64,000 nt of DNA, from positions 8,804,001-8,868,000 of the forward strand of contig NC_092674.1 of assembly GCF_964355755.1 (NCBI RefSeq), given 5' to 3'. Position 1 is the first letter of the stretch, and each line of letters opens with the position of its first letter. The position numbers and the translations under genes were made by a program. A model generated the notes under the pieces. It searched no databases. It saw nothing but the letters and a program-made list of their open reading frames with translations, and was not told the origin of the DNA. Below, piece after piece: positions 63,702 through 64,000 of this stretch. The DNA is from Antedon mediterranea. Lineage: Eukaryota; Animalia; Echinodermata.

Positions 63702-63860
63702 GGTATGGCGCATCGGTACAAGATATTGGACTAGCACGTGATAGGCATGGGTGGAGACCTGTCTGTGCAATATTGTTTGTATCCTTCTGTAAGACACTTT
63801 ACTCTCATTCTCTCTTTGGATGGGATGTAAAGCCATTAGTCCTGTGTATGTACATACATG
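63702..63860 (+). mobile_element. Degenerate tRNA-derived SINE
   Basis: A-box-like TGGCGCATCGG, degenerate B box, then TTTGTATCCTTCTGTAAGACACTTTACTCTCAT and GGATGGGATGTAAAGCC, shared with 61575-61690. Confidence 0.55.
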
Positions 63861-64000
63861 AACAACAAAGGTCTTTTTCAATATTTGAAGTTTATAATTG
63901 ATAAAATATTTCCTACATTTAGTCTCACTTTTTGAGACCATCATATAATCTGTTCAATTCAATTTATTTTGGATTTCACAATACAAACAACAACACATAC

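Noticed and set aside
63666-63944. 92-aa ORF as a further exon of the minus-strand gene
   Set aside because: It overlaps a degenerate SINE in the opposite orientation and I found no convincing donor site.

Overview
AT-rich, intron-rich eukaryotic DNA. It is an invertebrate animal, probably a deuterostome such as an echinoderm (inference only, from gene structures and Deu-domain SINEs). Three spliced genes can be rebuilt by hand with consistent GT-AG phases: (1) the last 14 coding exons of an FNDC3A/B-like tail-anchored fibronectin-III protein (+, 1418-10871); (2) a complete 7-exon glypican of the GPC3/GPC5/Dally type (+, 23921-58226, 660 aa) with an unusually long Thr-rich stalk; (3) the last three exons of an unidentified convergent gene (-, 62802-63450). 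Most ORF-track ORFs are non-coding. The non-coding DNA holds the most notable signals. Three short TSD-flanked Penelope-like insertions carry hammerhead-ribozyme motifs; two have fold-back architecture, and the two near-complete cores are antisense to their host genes. Three 26-36 bp TIR-only micro-elements have 7-bp TSDs, and one sits at the start of a 59-bp satellite. A 5.6-kb double-palindrome tandem array is bracketed by perfect inverted repeats. Glypican intron 5 has a candidate recursive splice site with a 15-nt microexon. There is also a tRNA-like (ATC) cassette, plus DINE-1/HINE-like elements, MITEs and SINEs. All coordinates were counted by eye and no searches were run.
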